A stretch of DNA of 64,000 bases, taken from Escherichia phage vb_EcoM-VR5. The position numbers were made by a program, and so were the translations under genes. Under the pieces are notes generated by a model. It ran no database searches, was not told the origin of the DNA, and saw nothing but the letters and a program-made list of their open reading frames with translations. The stretch lies in the sequence record NC_028881.1; one strand, 5' to 3'. This document shows, in pieces, positions 26,724-37,133 of this stretch. Numbering within the stretch: the stretch's first letter is position 1; every line of letters starts with the position of its first letter.

Positions 26724-27224
26724 TTAAATCTTATCTTTACCGTATTCCATGCATTGTTCTACTGCAGCGGGCACTTTGGTCTTAAGCTTATTGATTTGTT
26801 TCTTATAATCACGGGCCTTATCAAAGCTTTCGGTTTCTAGCATTTCGTAATAACGAGCTTCATGGATAGAAACCTGCAGATTGATATGGTTTACACACAT
26901 AGCATACAGTTTCTGCTTTTTGTACAAATCATCTTGTCGCTTCATTTCTGCCTGGTGTTTGGCTAGTACCGCTTCTCGCTTAGACTCTTGTTCACGTTGG
27001 AATTCTATTTCACGAGCCGCATATTTACCGCAGTTATTTCCGCATTGGTTGTTAGCACGAGTATAAGTAATGCCTGAACCTGCACGGAACTTAACTTCAC
27101 CATCATACTGCTTCTGTTCAGCAGCAATACGAGCTTTACCTACTTCATCAGCCGTAACAACTTCACCGTATTGGACCGCACAACCAGAGAGTAATAATGA
27201 CGCTGCGATAATTAGCTTTTTCAT
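26724..27224 (-). CDS. putative lipoprotein (166 aa)
   Basis: signal peptide with lipobox LLSGC. Confidence 0.6.
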   Translation of the reverse strand: MKKLIIAASLLLSGCAVQYGEVVTADEVGKARIAAEQKQYDGEVKFRAGSGITYTRANNQCGNNCGKYAAREIEFQREQESKREAVLAKHQAEMKRQDDLYKKQKLYAMCVNHINLQVSIHEARYYEMLETESFDKARDYKKQINKLKTKVPAAVEQCMEYGKDKI

Positions 27225-27370
27225 GATGGTTCCTTAATTAAAACATTCAAATTTGATTTGTAAGATTAACATTACCCAAGCCAAGATAAGAGTTGGAATC
27301 ATTGGTGGGACTGTCACTGCAAAATAAACAGTCATTAACACAAATATGAGTAAGAGTAAACCGGTTATAA

Positions 27371-27607
27371 TCATTGTTTAACCACGATAATCTGTGCGTT
27401 TGTTTTACGTTCGGCTGCGATAGACCAAATCAGTGCAACCACCCACCCAATCATCGTCCAACCTAACAGAAGGTTAAGCACAAAAATTCCACCATTGCTT
27501 CGAGTACCACGTAGTAATGCGATAATCCATGGTAAGAAATAACCGATGAACATAACAGCAAGAGAACCAATACCAAACACACCAGCACCGACGATTAAAG
27601 CTTCCAT
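27371..27607 (-). CDS. two-TM membrane protein, Imm-like
   Basis: 78-aa hydrophobic ORF adjacent to gene 43 as T4 imm. Confidence 0.5.
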   Translation of the reverse strand: MEALIVGAGVFGIGSLAVMFIGYFLPWIIALLRGTRSNGGIFVLNLLLGWTMIGWVVALIWSIAAERKTNAQIIVVKQ

Positions 27608-27671
27608 TGTAATTTCCTCTTAAGTAGTTGATAGGAAGGATAATACCACGTTCCATGTGGTATGTAAACAA

Positions 27672-30383
27672 TTAAAAGTCGAACATGTCAAATAACGTTG
27701 CTTTTTTCTCGTAGTCGATTTTAGCAGACTCAGTAAAACCGGTCAGAGGTTTGATAAAGGTCTTTTGGAACAATACGTTGTAGTCCATCCAACGGAGAAC
27801 TTGGTCGCGAATCTGAACTGGAAGCTCAATACCTGACGGCCAGGCCATACAAGCTTCACCAAACGGGTTACCTTCTTTAAGTGGCAGTACATATACCTTT
27901 TCACCATCAACGATACGAGGCATAGTCAAATCACCTGCAGATGCACGCATGTAAGCTAAGCAACCTTTGATGTGGTATGGACATTTAGAACCAGGGAACC
28001 CGCCTTCATTATATTTCTCAATGTTGTTAGCACTTGATACTGCAGCAATGCTTACATAGTCCAGTTCGTTGAATTCTTTATTAAACTGTTTGAAATATTC
28101 TTGCAAAGAAGCCTCGCCTTCTTGAAGCATACGACGGATACATTCTTTCAGAGCTTTCTGAACAGCTTTAGGTGTACTTGATTTCTGGGTTTCGAGACCC
28201 ATGATTTTCAAGTGAGGTTCGGCATAACGGGTGCCTTCCATGTCCCAAACGTTCAGTGCATAACGTTTCTTACCAGTCCAGAATCCACCAAGACCTTTAG
28301 AACCGAGTGGTGGGCCTGCGATAGCTTCTCGGTCCATGAACATCAAGTGTTCTTTATTATTAAGGTATTCAGCTAATTCGCGGAAGGCCTTATCTATAGC
28401 AGGTTCCATACGTTCAGATGCAAACTTACTTAAGAAGTCGACCCAATGGTTGGTATCACGGAATTTATCTTCACCTACTTTATCGATGATTGCATCAGCT
28501 TTAACATAGATGGAGTCCGTATCTCCATAGAGCACGAATTTCTGGTTTTCAGTCTTACACACTCTATTCAGATATTCGTTAACCTTACGTTCAATCCATT
28601 GGAGGGCCATTTGACCAAACAATGTGATTGCTGTAGCGTTACGCAAGTCATAGTAACGGAACCATACGTTACCAAGTGCACCATAAAGGGAGTTGATAAG
28701 CAACTTACGGTTAATCTGAGCGGTGTTACCTGCTACTTCAGTACGTTCGGCTTTGAACAACATTTCTCTTAAAGAAGGCGCTGACAACGATTTAATCTGA
28801 GATTTGATTTCTTCAGAGAAGTCAAATCGATAGTCGATATCCAGTGGACTATCAACAGACAGATTAGGATTTTCTAATGCTTCTTTAATTAACTCACCGT
28901 TACGTTGGGCTGCAAGCATATAACCTTTATGTTCTTTACGTTGTAAGAACACCTTCGTGATTTCTGTAGGAATCACACCATCGCGGTCTTTAAAATACAT
29001 CATGCCGTTAGGAGAGCAACTGTAGGTATCGCTAGGACGCGGAGCAGTTCCGGCAATATATTCATGTATCGGCGCATTAGCGAATGTCCCTGCGATGGTC
29101 TCTGGGCTAATATTCACTTGTCGAATGATACTCGGGTATAGAGATGTAAGGTCGAAACTCATTACATATTTGTAGGCATTAGGAATCGGTTCCTTAACGA
29201 AAGCACCAGGATAAGGTTGAACCATATGCGACCTAGCCTGAGGAATTACCTTACCCTGTTCTTTAAGACTGTTAAAAATGATAGCGTCCCAAGTCTTAAT
29301 AGGGCTGAACACCGACTGAATCTGCATCTTGGCATAGTAACCCATGTCTAGACTCAGAAGAATGAACTGGCGCTTCATATCAATCTGCACAACACGATAT
29401 ACGTCGATAATGTTATAGGAAATATATCGTTGGTGGTTAGTCTCACGTAATTTAGAGATCGGACCATCGTATTTCAACTTACCTACTTTCAATTCATATT
29501 CAGAAACATAATCCAGAGAATAAGATGGTTGGTTGGTAAAGCTGAATTTTTTATAAAGGTCGATATAGTCCAGAACCGAGATACCGAACAGTGTAATGAT
29601 TTCACGAGCACCATACATGTTCTCGATAACTTTAACACGAGTCTTACGATGTGGGCTTAATCGCTTAGCGGTGTTCTCACCAAACAGATTTTTCAGACGG
29701 TTATAAACGTACGGCACGTCAAATGATTCAACGTTCCAACCAGTCAAAATCACAGGAGTTTTCTGTTGCCAGAAGTTTAGGTATTCAAGCATCATTTCTT
29801 CTTCAGAATTAAACGGAAGATAAACGATTTTGTCAATGATTTCCTGTGGAACTTCGTCGCCGCCTTCGTCTTGGAGTTTCTCAGCGATTTTAATCGACCA
29901 CTCTTCGACCGTACCATAAGGTGAAACTAAAAGGTCAAATACATAGAATTTATCGTCAATCGAGTCGTAGTGAGTAATGGCATCGATAGGATGTTTAGCC
30001 TGGGCTGGTTCAGGGAATCCGTCAGGAGATGTTACCTCGATGTCGAAGTTAGCAATACGAATCTTAGAAGAATCATACTTGATTTCTTTACGATAGGTAT
30101 CAGACAAATATGCTAATTTATAGTCGTCCATACCAAGGGCTTCAAGTCCCATATCGTCCATGCGCTTCATCCACTGGGATGCATCCCGCATAGAATTAAA
30201 TTCTTTCTTAATACAACCTTTACCGTAGATGTCAATATATTTTACGGCTTGTTCTGGGTTGGCATGCATAAACATCGTAGGCTTGTAAGGAACTTCACGA
30301 CTACGTTCTTTGCCATTTTTATCGATGTATCGTTCGAGAATATTATCACCGATTTGTTCGACTGTCAAATAGAATTCTTGCAT
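27672..30383 (-). CDS. 43: DNA polymerase (family B, gp43)
   Basis: start at MQEFYLTVEQIG (track ORF has N-terminal extension); exo motif FDIEV, pol motif YGDTDS; strongly resembles RB69 gp43 from memory. Confidence 0.92.
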   Translation of the reverse strand: MQEFYLTVEQIGDNILERYIDKNGKERSREVPYKPTMFMHANPEQAVKYIDIYGKGCIKKEFNSMRDASQWMKRMDDMGLEALGMDDYKLAYLSDTYRKEIKYDSSKIRIANFDIEVTSPDGFPEPAQAKHPIDAITHYDSIDDKFYVFDLLVSPYGTVEEWSIKIAEKLQDEGGDEVPQEIIDKIVYLPFNSEEEMMLEYLNFWQQKTPVILTGWNVESFDVPYVYNRLKNLFGENTAKRLSPHRKTRVKVIENMYGAREIITLFGISVLDYIDLYKKFSFTNQPSYSLDYVSEYELKVGKLKYDGPISKLRETNHQRYISYNIIDVYRVVQIDMKRQFILLSLDMGYYAKMQIQSVFSPIKTWDAIIFNSLKEQGKVIPQARSHMVQPYPGAFVKEPIPNAYKYVMSFDLTSLYPSIIRQVNISPETIAGTFANAPIHEYIAGTAPRPSDTYSCSPNGMMYFKDRDGVIPTEITKVFLQRKEHKGYMLAAQRNGELIKEALENPNLSVDSPLDIDYRFDFSEEIKSQIKSLSAPSLREMLFKAERTEVAGNTAQINRKLLINSLYGALGNVWFRYYDLRNATAITLFGQMALQWIERKVNEYLNRVCKTENQKFVLYGDTDSIYVKADAIIDKVGEDKFRDTNHWVDFLSKFASERMEPAIDKAFRELAEYLNNKEHLMFMDREAIAGPPLGSKGLGGFWTGKKRYALNVWDMEGTRYAEPHLKIMGLETQKSSTPKAVQKALKECIRRMLQEGEASLQEYFKQFNKEFNELDYVSIAAVSSANNIEKYNEGGFPGSKCPYHIKGCLAYMRASAGDLTMPRIVDGEKVYVLPLKEGNPFGEACMAWPSGIELPVQIRDQVLRWMDYNVLFQKTFIKPLTGFTESAKIDYEKKATLFDMFDF

Positions 30384-30440
30384 TTCATTTCCTTTATAGA
30401 CGAGTGATTGTCTTTTGTTTGTTGGTGAATCATTATACTC

Positions 30441-30461
30441 CAAAAAGGGACCGAAGTCCCT
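30441..30461 (-). terminator. terminator-like hairpin between regA and gene 43
   Basis: gggac-ttcg-gtccc + TTTTT, followed by TATAAT. Confidence 0.45.
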
Positions 30462-30471
30462 TTGCTTTATC

Positions 30472-30834
30472 TCAATTACCAATCGTATATTTGGACAACA
30501 ATTCCCAGTCATTTTTCTGTTTAAAGGAAATGACACGGAAGTTATTAGTGATTTCAAACAATTCAGAATCGTCTACAATATCAATAAGTCCCCAATCCTT
30601 AAGAAGCTGGGCGATAGAATCGCGACGTTGGTAGTCTTCACCATCTATATCTACCTGGCGACCATCCATACGCAACATCTCTTTAAAGTGGACAATATAA
30701 TACCGTCCTTGCTTTTGCAAAATGTGACAGGATTGATATAGTTTCTTTTCTTTATTATTAGCGATACCCATACGAGTTAGGGTCTCTTTCACTTTCAAGA
30801 AGTCTTCAGGTTGCTTCAGAGTAATTTCAATCAT
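30472..30834 (-). CDS. regA: translational repressor RegA
   Basis: 120-aa ORF; near-identical to my recollection of T4 RegA (MIEITLK...NNFRVISFKQK). Confidence 0.9.
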   Translation of the reverse strand: MIEITLKQPEDFLKVKETLTRMGIANNKEKKLYQSCHILQKQGRYYIVHFKEMLRMDGRQVDIDGEDYQRRDSIAQLLKDWGLIDIVDDSELFEITNNFRVISFKQKNDWELLSKYTIGN

Positions 30835-30840
30835 TTTAAT

Positions 30841-31413
30841 TTACCATTCCAATGCTTTCTTTTTCAAGTCTTTTTGTTCTTTCACATTTTTGGTTACGGA
30901 TTTCAGGAACTCATCTGTAACCAACCCTTTCATCTTCTTAAGCATTGCCGGAAGATGGCCTTTAATTTTATAGGTCTCGAGATAACGATAAGCGTCATCA
31001 TTATTAATTGAATGGTATTTCATCAATAAACGAGTAATAAAAACTACGCTAACTTCATCATCATGGGCCTTAGCCCATTTACCAAATCTCTTACCCTTAG
31101 GAACCGCATGTAAAAGATAATTGAAGTGACTTTGGTCATCAAGTTTAAGACAGTTAACCATTGCGGCTTGCATAATACAATCTACATGTTGACTCAAACT
31201 ATTATTGAGCCAAAATTGATTATAGTTTTCTGATTGAGCCAAGTTACGTTGTTTCTTACCATACGTGATATCGTTCATAATGGCAAACAATTCGTTTTCA
31301 GCCTTTTCTTTAAATGAATCGGCTAAGGCTTGAATAGCAGCGTCGTTACGTTGTTTCCAAGCAACTTCATGTTCATTCAGTTCAACGTCATCATCAAAAA
31401 GACTTATAGCCAT
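30841..31413 (-). CDS. 62: clamp loader small subunit (gp62)
   Basis: 190-aa ORF between regA and 44. Confidence 0.8.
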   Translation of the reverse strand: MAISLFDDDVELNEHEVAWKQRNDAAIQALADSFKEKAENELFAIMNDITYGKKQRNLAQSENYNQFWLNNSLSQHVDCIMQAAMVNCLKLDDQSHFNYLLHAVPKGKRFGKWAKAHDDEVSVVFITRLLMKYHSINNDDAYRYLETYKIKGHLPAMLKKMKGLVTDEFLKSVTKNVKEQKDLKKKALEW

Positions 31414-32363
31414 TGGAGCTCCAGAGCAAGTTGGATGAACAGATAAGTCATGTGAATTTCCGGGTTAGCCGCAATACCGTGGTATTGGTTATTTTCACCG
31501 ACTATTTCATACATTCTAACAATGCTTGGCCCAGGCAATTTACCATAGAGTTCGTTAGCCAATGACATGATAAAGTTGGCGTAATCATTGACATGACGCG
31601 GAGCTAATGCACGGAGTTCTTTAAAGTTTTTATCTTTCAGTGCCGCCACTACTTCATCGATAGGCGAATTAGTATTCATTACAATACTCAAAATGCCTGT
31701 ATCGATTTTACCACTTGATGAATAACGGTCTAGTTGGTTAACTGTTTTACGGAAGTCAGGGAAGTTTTGTTTAACTAAAGCAGCAATAACTTTAAGGTCT
31801 TCGACTTCGATATTTTCATTTTTACAAATTGCTACGGCACGATGAATCATTTCTTTCATCATGGTCGTTTGGTCAGCTGGAGTGGCTTCACCAAATTTAA
31901 TTACACGACAACGGGATTGAAGTGGGCCGATGATACCATCAATATTGTTTGCTGTAATAATTACAGAACAGTTTGAGGAATAGGCCTCTAAGAACGAACG
32001 AAGGTGGCGTTGAGCTTCGGCAACACCTGCACGGTCAAATTCATCAATAACAATTACTTTACGCTTACCTTCGATAGATTTGGAAGATGCAAAACGAGTA
32101 AGTTCATTACGAACGAAATCAATACGGCAGTCAGAACCATTAACAAACAGCATGTCTGAATTTGTATCAGCACACAGTGCTTTAGCTACGGTAGTTTTAC
32201 CTGTACCCGGTGAAGCAGAGACTAGGATAATGTTAGGGATTAGGCCCTTATTAACAATAGCTTGGAGAGTTTCTTTATCATGGGCGGGTAGAATACATTC
32301 AGATAAAGTACCTGGACGATATTTCTGTTCCCACATGAATTCATTATTATTTACTGTAAGCAT
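31404..32363 (-). CDS. 44: clamp loader large subunit (gp44, AAA+)
   Basis: 319-aa ORF; Walker A SPGTGKTT; RBS GAGGAAA. Confidence 0.9.
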   Translation of the reverse strand: MLTVNNNEFMWEQKYRPGTLSECILPAHDKETLQAIVNKGLIPNIILVSASPGTGKTTVAKALCADTNSDMLFVNGSDCRIDFVRNELTRFASSKSIEGKRKVIVIDEFDRAGVAEAQRHLRSFLEAYSSNCSVIITANNIDGIIGPLQSRCRVIKFGEATPADQTTMMKEMIHRAVAICKNENIEVEDLKVIAALVKQNFPDFRKTVNQLDRYSSSGKIDTGILSIVMNTNSPIDEVVAALKDKNFKELRALAPRHVNDYANFIMSLANELYGKLPGPSIVRMYEIVGENNQYHGIAANPEIHMTYLFIQLALELQWL

Positions 32364-32389
32364 ATTAATTTCCTCAGGTTTGTTTTTAC

Positions 32390-32418
32390 ATTATACTCCA
32401 AGGGAGGAATTTCCTCCC
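32390..32418 (-). promoter_or_regulatory. hairpin plus -10 TATAAT upstream of gene 44
   Basis: gggagga/tcctccc stem then GGAGTATAAT. Confidence 0.35.
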
Positions 32419-32424
32419 TATGCT

Positions 32425-33123
32425 TTAGAACGAGTGGCTTGAGCCTGCTTCCATGGCTAATACATAAGAAGCCTGTGCGCCTTCAAATTTAGCGGCGAAT
32501 CGAGCATCTTGGCCTTCACCGCGCGCCCATAACAACACATGATAATCAGCTGGCATCATTTTCATATTAGTTTTGTTAATGATGAACTTAAAGTCAGGAC
32601 CGTCATGATCGGCTACTACCAAAGAATACAGTGGACGAGTTAATTCTTTATCGTCGACTTGTTTATAACCGTTGATAACAATTTTACCGTCGTCTACGGT
32701 GATTGCAAATGTATCAATACTCAATCCGGAAGATACTCGCATCAGTTGCTGATAATCTTCAGCTTTCAGATCGAAAATAACTTCAGCTACAGGGAACGGG
32801 ATAGCTTTGCTTGGGAATGCGATTGTGCTTGGGTCGGCAATAGGCCACTTAATTGTTGAACGTTGGTCTTTAATAATTAAGGTGGTTTGGTCTTCACTTA
32901 CCGAAACTTCAGCACTTTCTGACACCAAAGACAGAATACTTAAGAAGCCATTCAGGTCATAGATTGCAGCTTCGATATCAAAGGTATCACTTACAGTAGC
33001 TTCACCATAACTTGCACCGGTAACAGATCGAGTCAGAATGGTGTTGCCAGGTTTAAGCATAATGCCAGGGTTAATACCGGAGAAGTTTTTAAGAATGTTA
33101 AGAGTATCTTTAGAGAATTTCAT
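32425..33123 (-). CDS. 45: sliding clamp (gp45)
   Basis: 232-aa ORF; N-terminus similar to recalled T4 gp45. Confidence 0.88.
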   Translation of the reverse strand: MKFSKDTLNILKNFSGINPGIMLKPGNTILTRSVTGASYGEATVSDTFDIEAAIYDLNGFLSILSLVSESAEVSVSEDQTTLIIKDQRSTIKWPIADPSTIAFPSKAIPFPVAEVIFDLKAEDYQQLMRVSSGLSIDTFAITVDDGKIVINGYKQVDDKELTRPLYSLVVADHDGPDFKFIINKTNMKMMPADYHVLLWARGEGQDARFAAKFEGAQASYVLAMEAGSSHSF

Positions 33124-33146
33124 AATGTTTCCTTTTCAAGTCAAAA

Positions 33147-33560
33147 TTAAGCAATAACGATCATTTGTTTGCGAATGGATTCAGGCAGAGATTCAATATA
33201 CTCTGGAATTTGTGAAGCAACAATACCACCGGCTTCAAGCAGTTGTTCGTCAAAATCTACACAATAATCATCTTCGAGACGTTCAGAACCATCACGGTCG
33301 ATAACCAGTTTAGCACCTGCAGCCAGTGAGTCATTATAATGGCGGCGCATAATTTCTACCCACTTATCGGATACGTCGTTATCAATGATGCCGTAGAGCA
33401 TGAACTTAGTTTCTTGTGGAAGAGACTGCAGACGACGTGCAGAGTCGGTATCAATGTTCAGTACCCATGATTTGCGGATACGGTTTTGGTTATGCGGATT
33501 GGAATCGGTACGGATGGTTTTAACTTGGATATCTTTAACAGTAATAGTGTTAGCAAACAT
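33147..33560 (-). CDS. rpbA: RNA polymerase-binding protein RpbA-like (start uncertain)
   Basis: ORF in rpbA position; MotA-box middle promoter upstream; candidate starts at 33560 or 33575. Confidence 0.5.
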   Translation of the reverse strand: MFANTITVKDIQVKTIRTDSNPHNQNRIRKSWVLNIDTDSARRLQSLPQETKFMLYGIIDNDVSDKWVEIMRRHYNDSLAAGAKLVIDRDGSERLEDDYCVDFDEQLLEAGGIVASQIPEYIESLPESIRKQMIVIA

Positions 33561-33590
33561 AATATTTTCTCTCATTTGGTTGGTAGATGT

Positions 33591-33614
33591 ATTATAAATC
33601 AATATTTTAAAGCA
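33591..33614 (-). promoter_or_regulatory. MotA-box middle promoter upstream of rpbA
   Basis: TGCTTTA box, 11-nt spacer, TGATTTATAAT. Confidence 0.45.
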
Positions 33615-33622
33615 CTTAACGA

Positions 33623-33814
33623 TTAATCAAAGTATTCATAAACGAACCATGCCGGATTTCTATTTGACATGATTTTATCATATTCTGACTTAAAAGCATT
33701 TCGGAGATAATCTTCAGTAACAAGATGTTCGTCTCCAGAGAAGTTGTTAACTAAAACGTATCTCTTTATTTCTGGGACGGCCAACAAATGCTGGCCTGTT
33801 ATAAAATCACTCAT
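33623..33814 (-). CDS. hypothetical protein (63 aa)
   Basis: ORF, ATGA-coupled to gene 46. Confidence 0.5.
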   Translation of the reverse strand: MSDFITGQHLLAVPEIKRYVLVNNFSGDEHLVTEDYLRNAFKSEYDKIMSNRNPAWFVYEYFD

Positions 33815-35493
33815 TCCATCACCGTGAATCGTCCAACTTTCTTCATCTGAAGATGTTGGCCGTAAGCTTGTGGGTCATGGTCTCGGTGAGAGATAATGAA
33901 CACGTTCGTATCTTCAAGGCTATTCAAGATGGTTGCAATGCTCTTAACGCCTTCAGAGTCAGTTGCACTATCAAACACCTCATCAAGAATTAGTGTAGAT
34001 ATATTAACACCGGATACCTTAGAAGCAATATCACGCCATGTAAAAAGAAGTGCGATATCAATACGTGCTTTCTCACCCTGTGAAAATGAAGCGTAACTAA
34101 AGTCTTCACGTCCACGTGATTTAATCGTCTCATTGAACTCTTCGTCAAGTGTAAAGACGTAGTCGGCTTCCATAATCTTCAAATAAGAATTTATCTGCTT
34201 ATTAAAGATTGGAATGTATTTCTTAATAATGGAACCTTTAATACCGGTATCCTTCAACATTTCTGTTAGAATTCCACGATGATATTTTTCCATTACTAAG
34301 GATGATTTGGTAGAGACGATTTTATCAAGCTCTGCTTGAAGCGTAGCAATCTCTTCGGTATTACTTACGAACTCAGCTGCCGCTTGGTCAATTAATAGCT
34401 TAACCTTTTTAGCTTTCTCTACAGCAGTAACAGCTTGTTGTTTATGGGTAGCTATCTGGGATTTAATAGCCAACGCTTTATTGCGTTGTTCGGTTACTTG
34501 GTCTTTAATGAGCTTGAGTTCTTGGTATTGCTCATTAATCTTATCTAAAGATTTTTGAAGCTCAAAGTTTTTATCCTTAATTTTAGTAAGGATGTTTCCG
34601 TGCTCTTCTAACCCTTGCATACACGTAGGGCAGTGACCACCTGTTTCATAAAGCTTAACCACCTTTGTAAAGGTAGCCATATCATTTTTGATTGCAAATC
34701 CTTTATTACTCAGGTCACTCATGGAGTCGCTAGGGTCATCATCCACGATGACATTGAGTAATTCATCAGTTAGTTTTTCTATGTTGCTCTTGGCAGTCCT
34801 GGCTTCTTTAACTAGCTCGTCATACATTAACTGTAGCCGTGCTGCATTTTCGCCTGACAATTTACGTTGACGTTCTTCGTTGTCATTATAAATTTTAATT
34901 TGTTGGGTAATAGAATCTTGTTTAACGTCTATTACTTGGATTTGGCTATTGGTCTCGCGAATCAAAGATTTGTTCAACTTATCCATATCCGCTAATACGG
35001 AAACCTCTAAGAGATCTTCGACGAGTTTTCTTCTTGCAGGAGTGGATAGGCCCATAAAAGGGGTATATCCAGCTGTGCCGAGTACGACAATCTGTTTGAA
35101 GCTTGCATAGGACATTCCGATAAGCTGTTCAAATTCTGCTTGGAAGTCTTTACTGCTGGCAGATTCATTAAGACGTTCACCGCCACAAGAGATTTCAAAA
35201 ACATTGGGTTTTTGCCCACGTTTGATATAGTATTCTTTGCCATCGTATTCCATCCACAATTCGACCAAAAGGTCTTTTTTATTACTCGAGTTAATCAACT
35301 GGCCTTTCTTAACGTCACGAAAAGGCTTACCAAACAAAGCAAATGTAACGGCTTCAAGGAATGTTGATTTCCCTGCACCATTTTTACCAGTGACTAAGGT
35401 CTTTTGGACCTTGTCAAGTTCTACAGTAATAGCCTGCTGCCCTACCGACATAATATTTTTATACGTTACTTTCTTTAACTTAAAAGTCTTCAT
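33811..35493 (-). CDS. 46: recombination endonuclease subunit gp46 (Rad50/SbcC-like)
   Basis: 560 aa from MKTFKL; Walker A GKNGAGKST, Walker B LILDEVFD; near-identical to recalled T4 gp46. Confidence 0.9.
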   Translation of the reverse strand: MKTFKLKKVTYKNIMSVGQQAITVELDKVQKTLVTGKNGAGKSTFLEAVTFALFGKPFRDVKKGQLINSSNKKDLLVELWMEYDGKEYYIKRGQKPNVFEISCGGERLNESASSKDFQAEFEQLIGMSYASFKQIVVLGTAGYTPFMGLSTPARRKLVEDLLEVSVLADMDKLNKSLIRETNSQIQVIDVKQDSITQQIKIYNDNEERQRKLSGENAARLQLMYDELVKEARTAKSNIEKLTDELLNVIVDDDPSDSMSDLSNKGFAIKNDMATFTKVVKLYETGGHCPTCMQGLEEHGNILTKIKDKNFELQKSLDKINEQYQELKLIKDQVTEQRNKALAIKSQIATHKQQAVTAVEKAKKVKLLIDQAAAEFVSNTEEIATLQAELDKIVSTKSSLVMEKYHRGILTEMLKDTGIKGSIIKKYIPIFNKQINSYLKIMEADYVFTLDEEFNETIKSRGREDFSYASFSQGEKARIDIALLFTWRDIASKVSGVNISTLILDEVFDSATDSEGVKSIATILNSLEDTNVFIISHRDHDPQAYGQHLQMKKVGRFTVME

Positions 35494-35743
35494 CGTTATA
35501 AGCATCCTTGATGCATGATTCGGCCATGTGGATTAATGTTTCTGGAGTATCATCTTCCATTACATTAAAACTAAATTCTACAGCCCAATCGGTAGCAACA
35601 TAAACTTTAATAAGCTCGTTGGTATCACGAGTGCTCACAGCTTCAAACCAGAACTTAATAATGTTCGTTTGGTTATCGTCATCGACAACCAGGCAGTCAT
35701 GTTCAAGCTCAAGGCCTGATTTTTTGAATTCATCTAAAGTCAT
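35480..35743 (-). CDS. hypothetical protein (87 aa)
   Basis: ORF between 47 and 46. Confidence 0.5.
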   Translation of the reverse strand: MTLDEFKKSGLELEHDCLVVDDDNQTNIIKFWFEAVSTRDTNELIKVYVATDWAVEFSFNVMEDDTPETLIHMAESCIKDAYNDEDF

Positions 35744-36762
35744 CGTGTAACCTCATTATAAAGTTGGGCAGCCATAGTCTTAAGGGCTTTAAGGTCATCT
35801 TCAGTATGGCCATCAGGAAGAGCATCGATATAATCATACATCATATCCAAGAGCGACTTAACTTCGTCTTCCTCTTCAGAATCATCAATATCAACGCTGT
35901 TATCTACCTTAGACACAATACGTAAAGAGTGGACCACCTTTTCAAGTTCAGATTCAAACTTAGTAAGCCCGTCATCGATTTTATCGACTATAACACGAAC
36001 TGCAATATTTGTAAAATCTTTGTAATCGATGGTTGCATTAGGATAATGAATCTTACGATGCCAACAGGTTTCATTGATAACAAAATCCATTTTATGGGTT
36101 TCAGTATCGAAAATCCAGAAACCGCGAGGGTCGTTCTCATCGCCTGCAGTAAGGGTCCATGGAGTACCGATGTACTTAACGTTTGCGGCATCAGAAATAG
36201 TATGGAAGTGGCCAGACCAAACTTGCTTATACTTTTTAAGGAAATCAGGTTCTAAACCGTGAGATTTCATTCCTTTATAGAAATAGAACCCATTTAATTC
36301 CCAGTGACCAATACAGAAATCTGCTGTAGTATTTTTGATATGTTCCATGATATCAGTCGTGTTTTCTTCACACATCCACGGAATCAAATCAATTTCGGTG
36401 CCATCAAAGTTTACTGTTGTAGGTTTCTCGATAACCTTGATATGGTCATATTTACCGAGAACTTCAGAAGCGGCATTCGGCGTTAAGGTATTTTTGTAGT
36501 GCATATCATGATTACCAACAACGGTATACATGGTAATGCCATTAGCTTTAAGCAAATCAGAGATTTCGCGAGCGAATTCCATACACTTATGGGTAATTGC
36601 TTTACGAACGTCAAAGATATCACCGTATTGAATCCATACAGTAATGCCATTTGCTTTAGAATAATCAATAGCGTCTTGGATACCTTGGCGTTGGATATTT
36701 TGTACCCACACATCATCGGCTTTCACTCCAAGGTGCCAGTCACCTGTGTTTAATATTTTCAT
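35740..36762 (-). CDS. 47: recombination endonuclease subunit gp47 (Mre11/SbcD-like)
   Basis: start at MKILNTGDWHLG (phosphoesterase motif); track ORF has 66-aa upstream extension. Confidence 0.85.
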   Translation of the reverse strand: MKILNTGDWHLGVKADDVWVQNIQRQGIQDAIDYSKANGITVWIQYGDIFDVRKAITHKCMEFAREISDLLKANGITMYTVVGNHDMHYKNTLTPNAASEVLGKYDHIKVIEKPTTVNFDGTEIDLIPWMCEENTTDIMEHIKNTTADFCIGHWELNGFYFYKGMKSHGLEPDFLKKYKQVWSGHFHTISDAANVKYIGTPWTLTAGDENDPRGFWIFDTETHKMDFVINETCWHRKIHYPNATIDYKDFTNIAVRVIVDKIDDGLTKFESELEKVVHSLRIVSKVDNSVDIDDSEEEDEVKSLLDMMYDYIDALPDGHTEDDLKALKTMAAQLYNEVTR

Positions 36763-36902
36763 AAGCCAAGCACCGTTATCGCAATGCAAAATAAAATTAT
36801 TGAAATGAACCCGTCTGGAGTGGAAAAGAATCCTATCCAACAAGCTCGTGTGAATGTGTAGAATGCCATGAATAACACGACATATCCTAAAAATAATTCC
36901 AT
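36759..36902 (-). CDS. small hydrophobic peptide (47 aa), translationally coupled to gene 47
   Basis: hand-translated MELFLGYVVLFMAFYTF...; RBS GAGGAGAA; stop overlaps gene 47 ATG (ATGA). Confidence 0.45.
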   Translation of the reverse strand: MELFLGYVVLFMAFYTFTRACWIGFFSTPDGFISIILFCIAITVLGL

Positions 36903-36922
36903 ATGTTCTCCTCAGTTGGTTC

Positions 36923-36949
36923 ATTTTATCATCCCGAATATAAAGCAAA
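36923..36949 (-). promoter_or_regulatory. MotA-box middle promoter upstream of 47.1-like ORF / gene 47
   Basis: TTTGCTTTA box, 12 nt, -10 TAAAAT. Confidence 0.45.
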
Positions 36950-36970
36950 AAAGGAAGCACTAGGCTTCCT
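36941..36970 (-). terminator. rho-independent terminator upstream of gene 47 region
   Basis: aggaagc-ctag-tgcttcct + TTTTTTGCTTT. Confidence 0.55.
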
Positions 36971-37133
36971 TTCCAATTAATACACCGTACAGAGGTTCAC
37001 GATTAGACGTGAACTTGATGGGTTTATAGGTAATAGTACCTTCATTTTCTGCTTTAATACGAGCGGCTTCAAATTGAAGCATCATCTCATTTTTGTCAGA
37101 TTTAATCTTATCAAAATCCGTCGAACTCGTCAT
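36960..37133 (-). CDS. small hypothetical protein (57 aa)
   Basis: hand-translated MTSSTDFDKIKSDKNEMML...; SD AAGGGG; stop overlaps terminator hairpin. Confidence 0.35.
   Translation of the reverse strand: MTSSTDFDKIKSDKNEMMLQFEAARIKAENEGTITYKPIKFTSNREPLYGVLIGKEA

Noticed and set aside
27672-30383. Intein or group I intron in gene 43, gene 41 or topoisomerase gene
   Set aside because: All three ORFs are continuous and of the expected length, with no insertion-sized gaps between conserved motifs.
30384-30557. N-terminal extensions of track ORFs for gene 43 (to 30557), gene 47 (to 36960), gene 46 (to 35505) and nudE (to 60906)
   Set aside because: The extensions start from alternative codons, overlap upstream genes or small coupled ORFs, and the conserved protein N-termini (MQEFYLTVEQ, MKILNTGDWHLG, MKTFKL) begin at internal ATGs.
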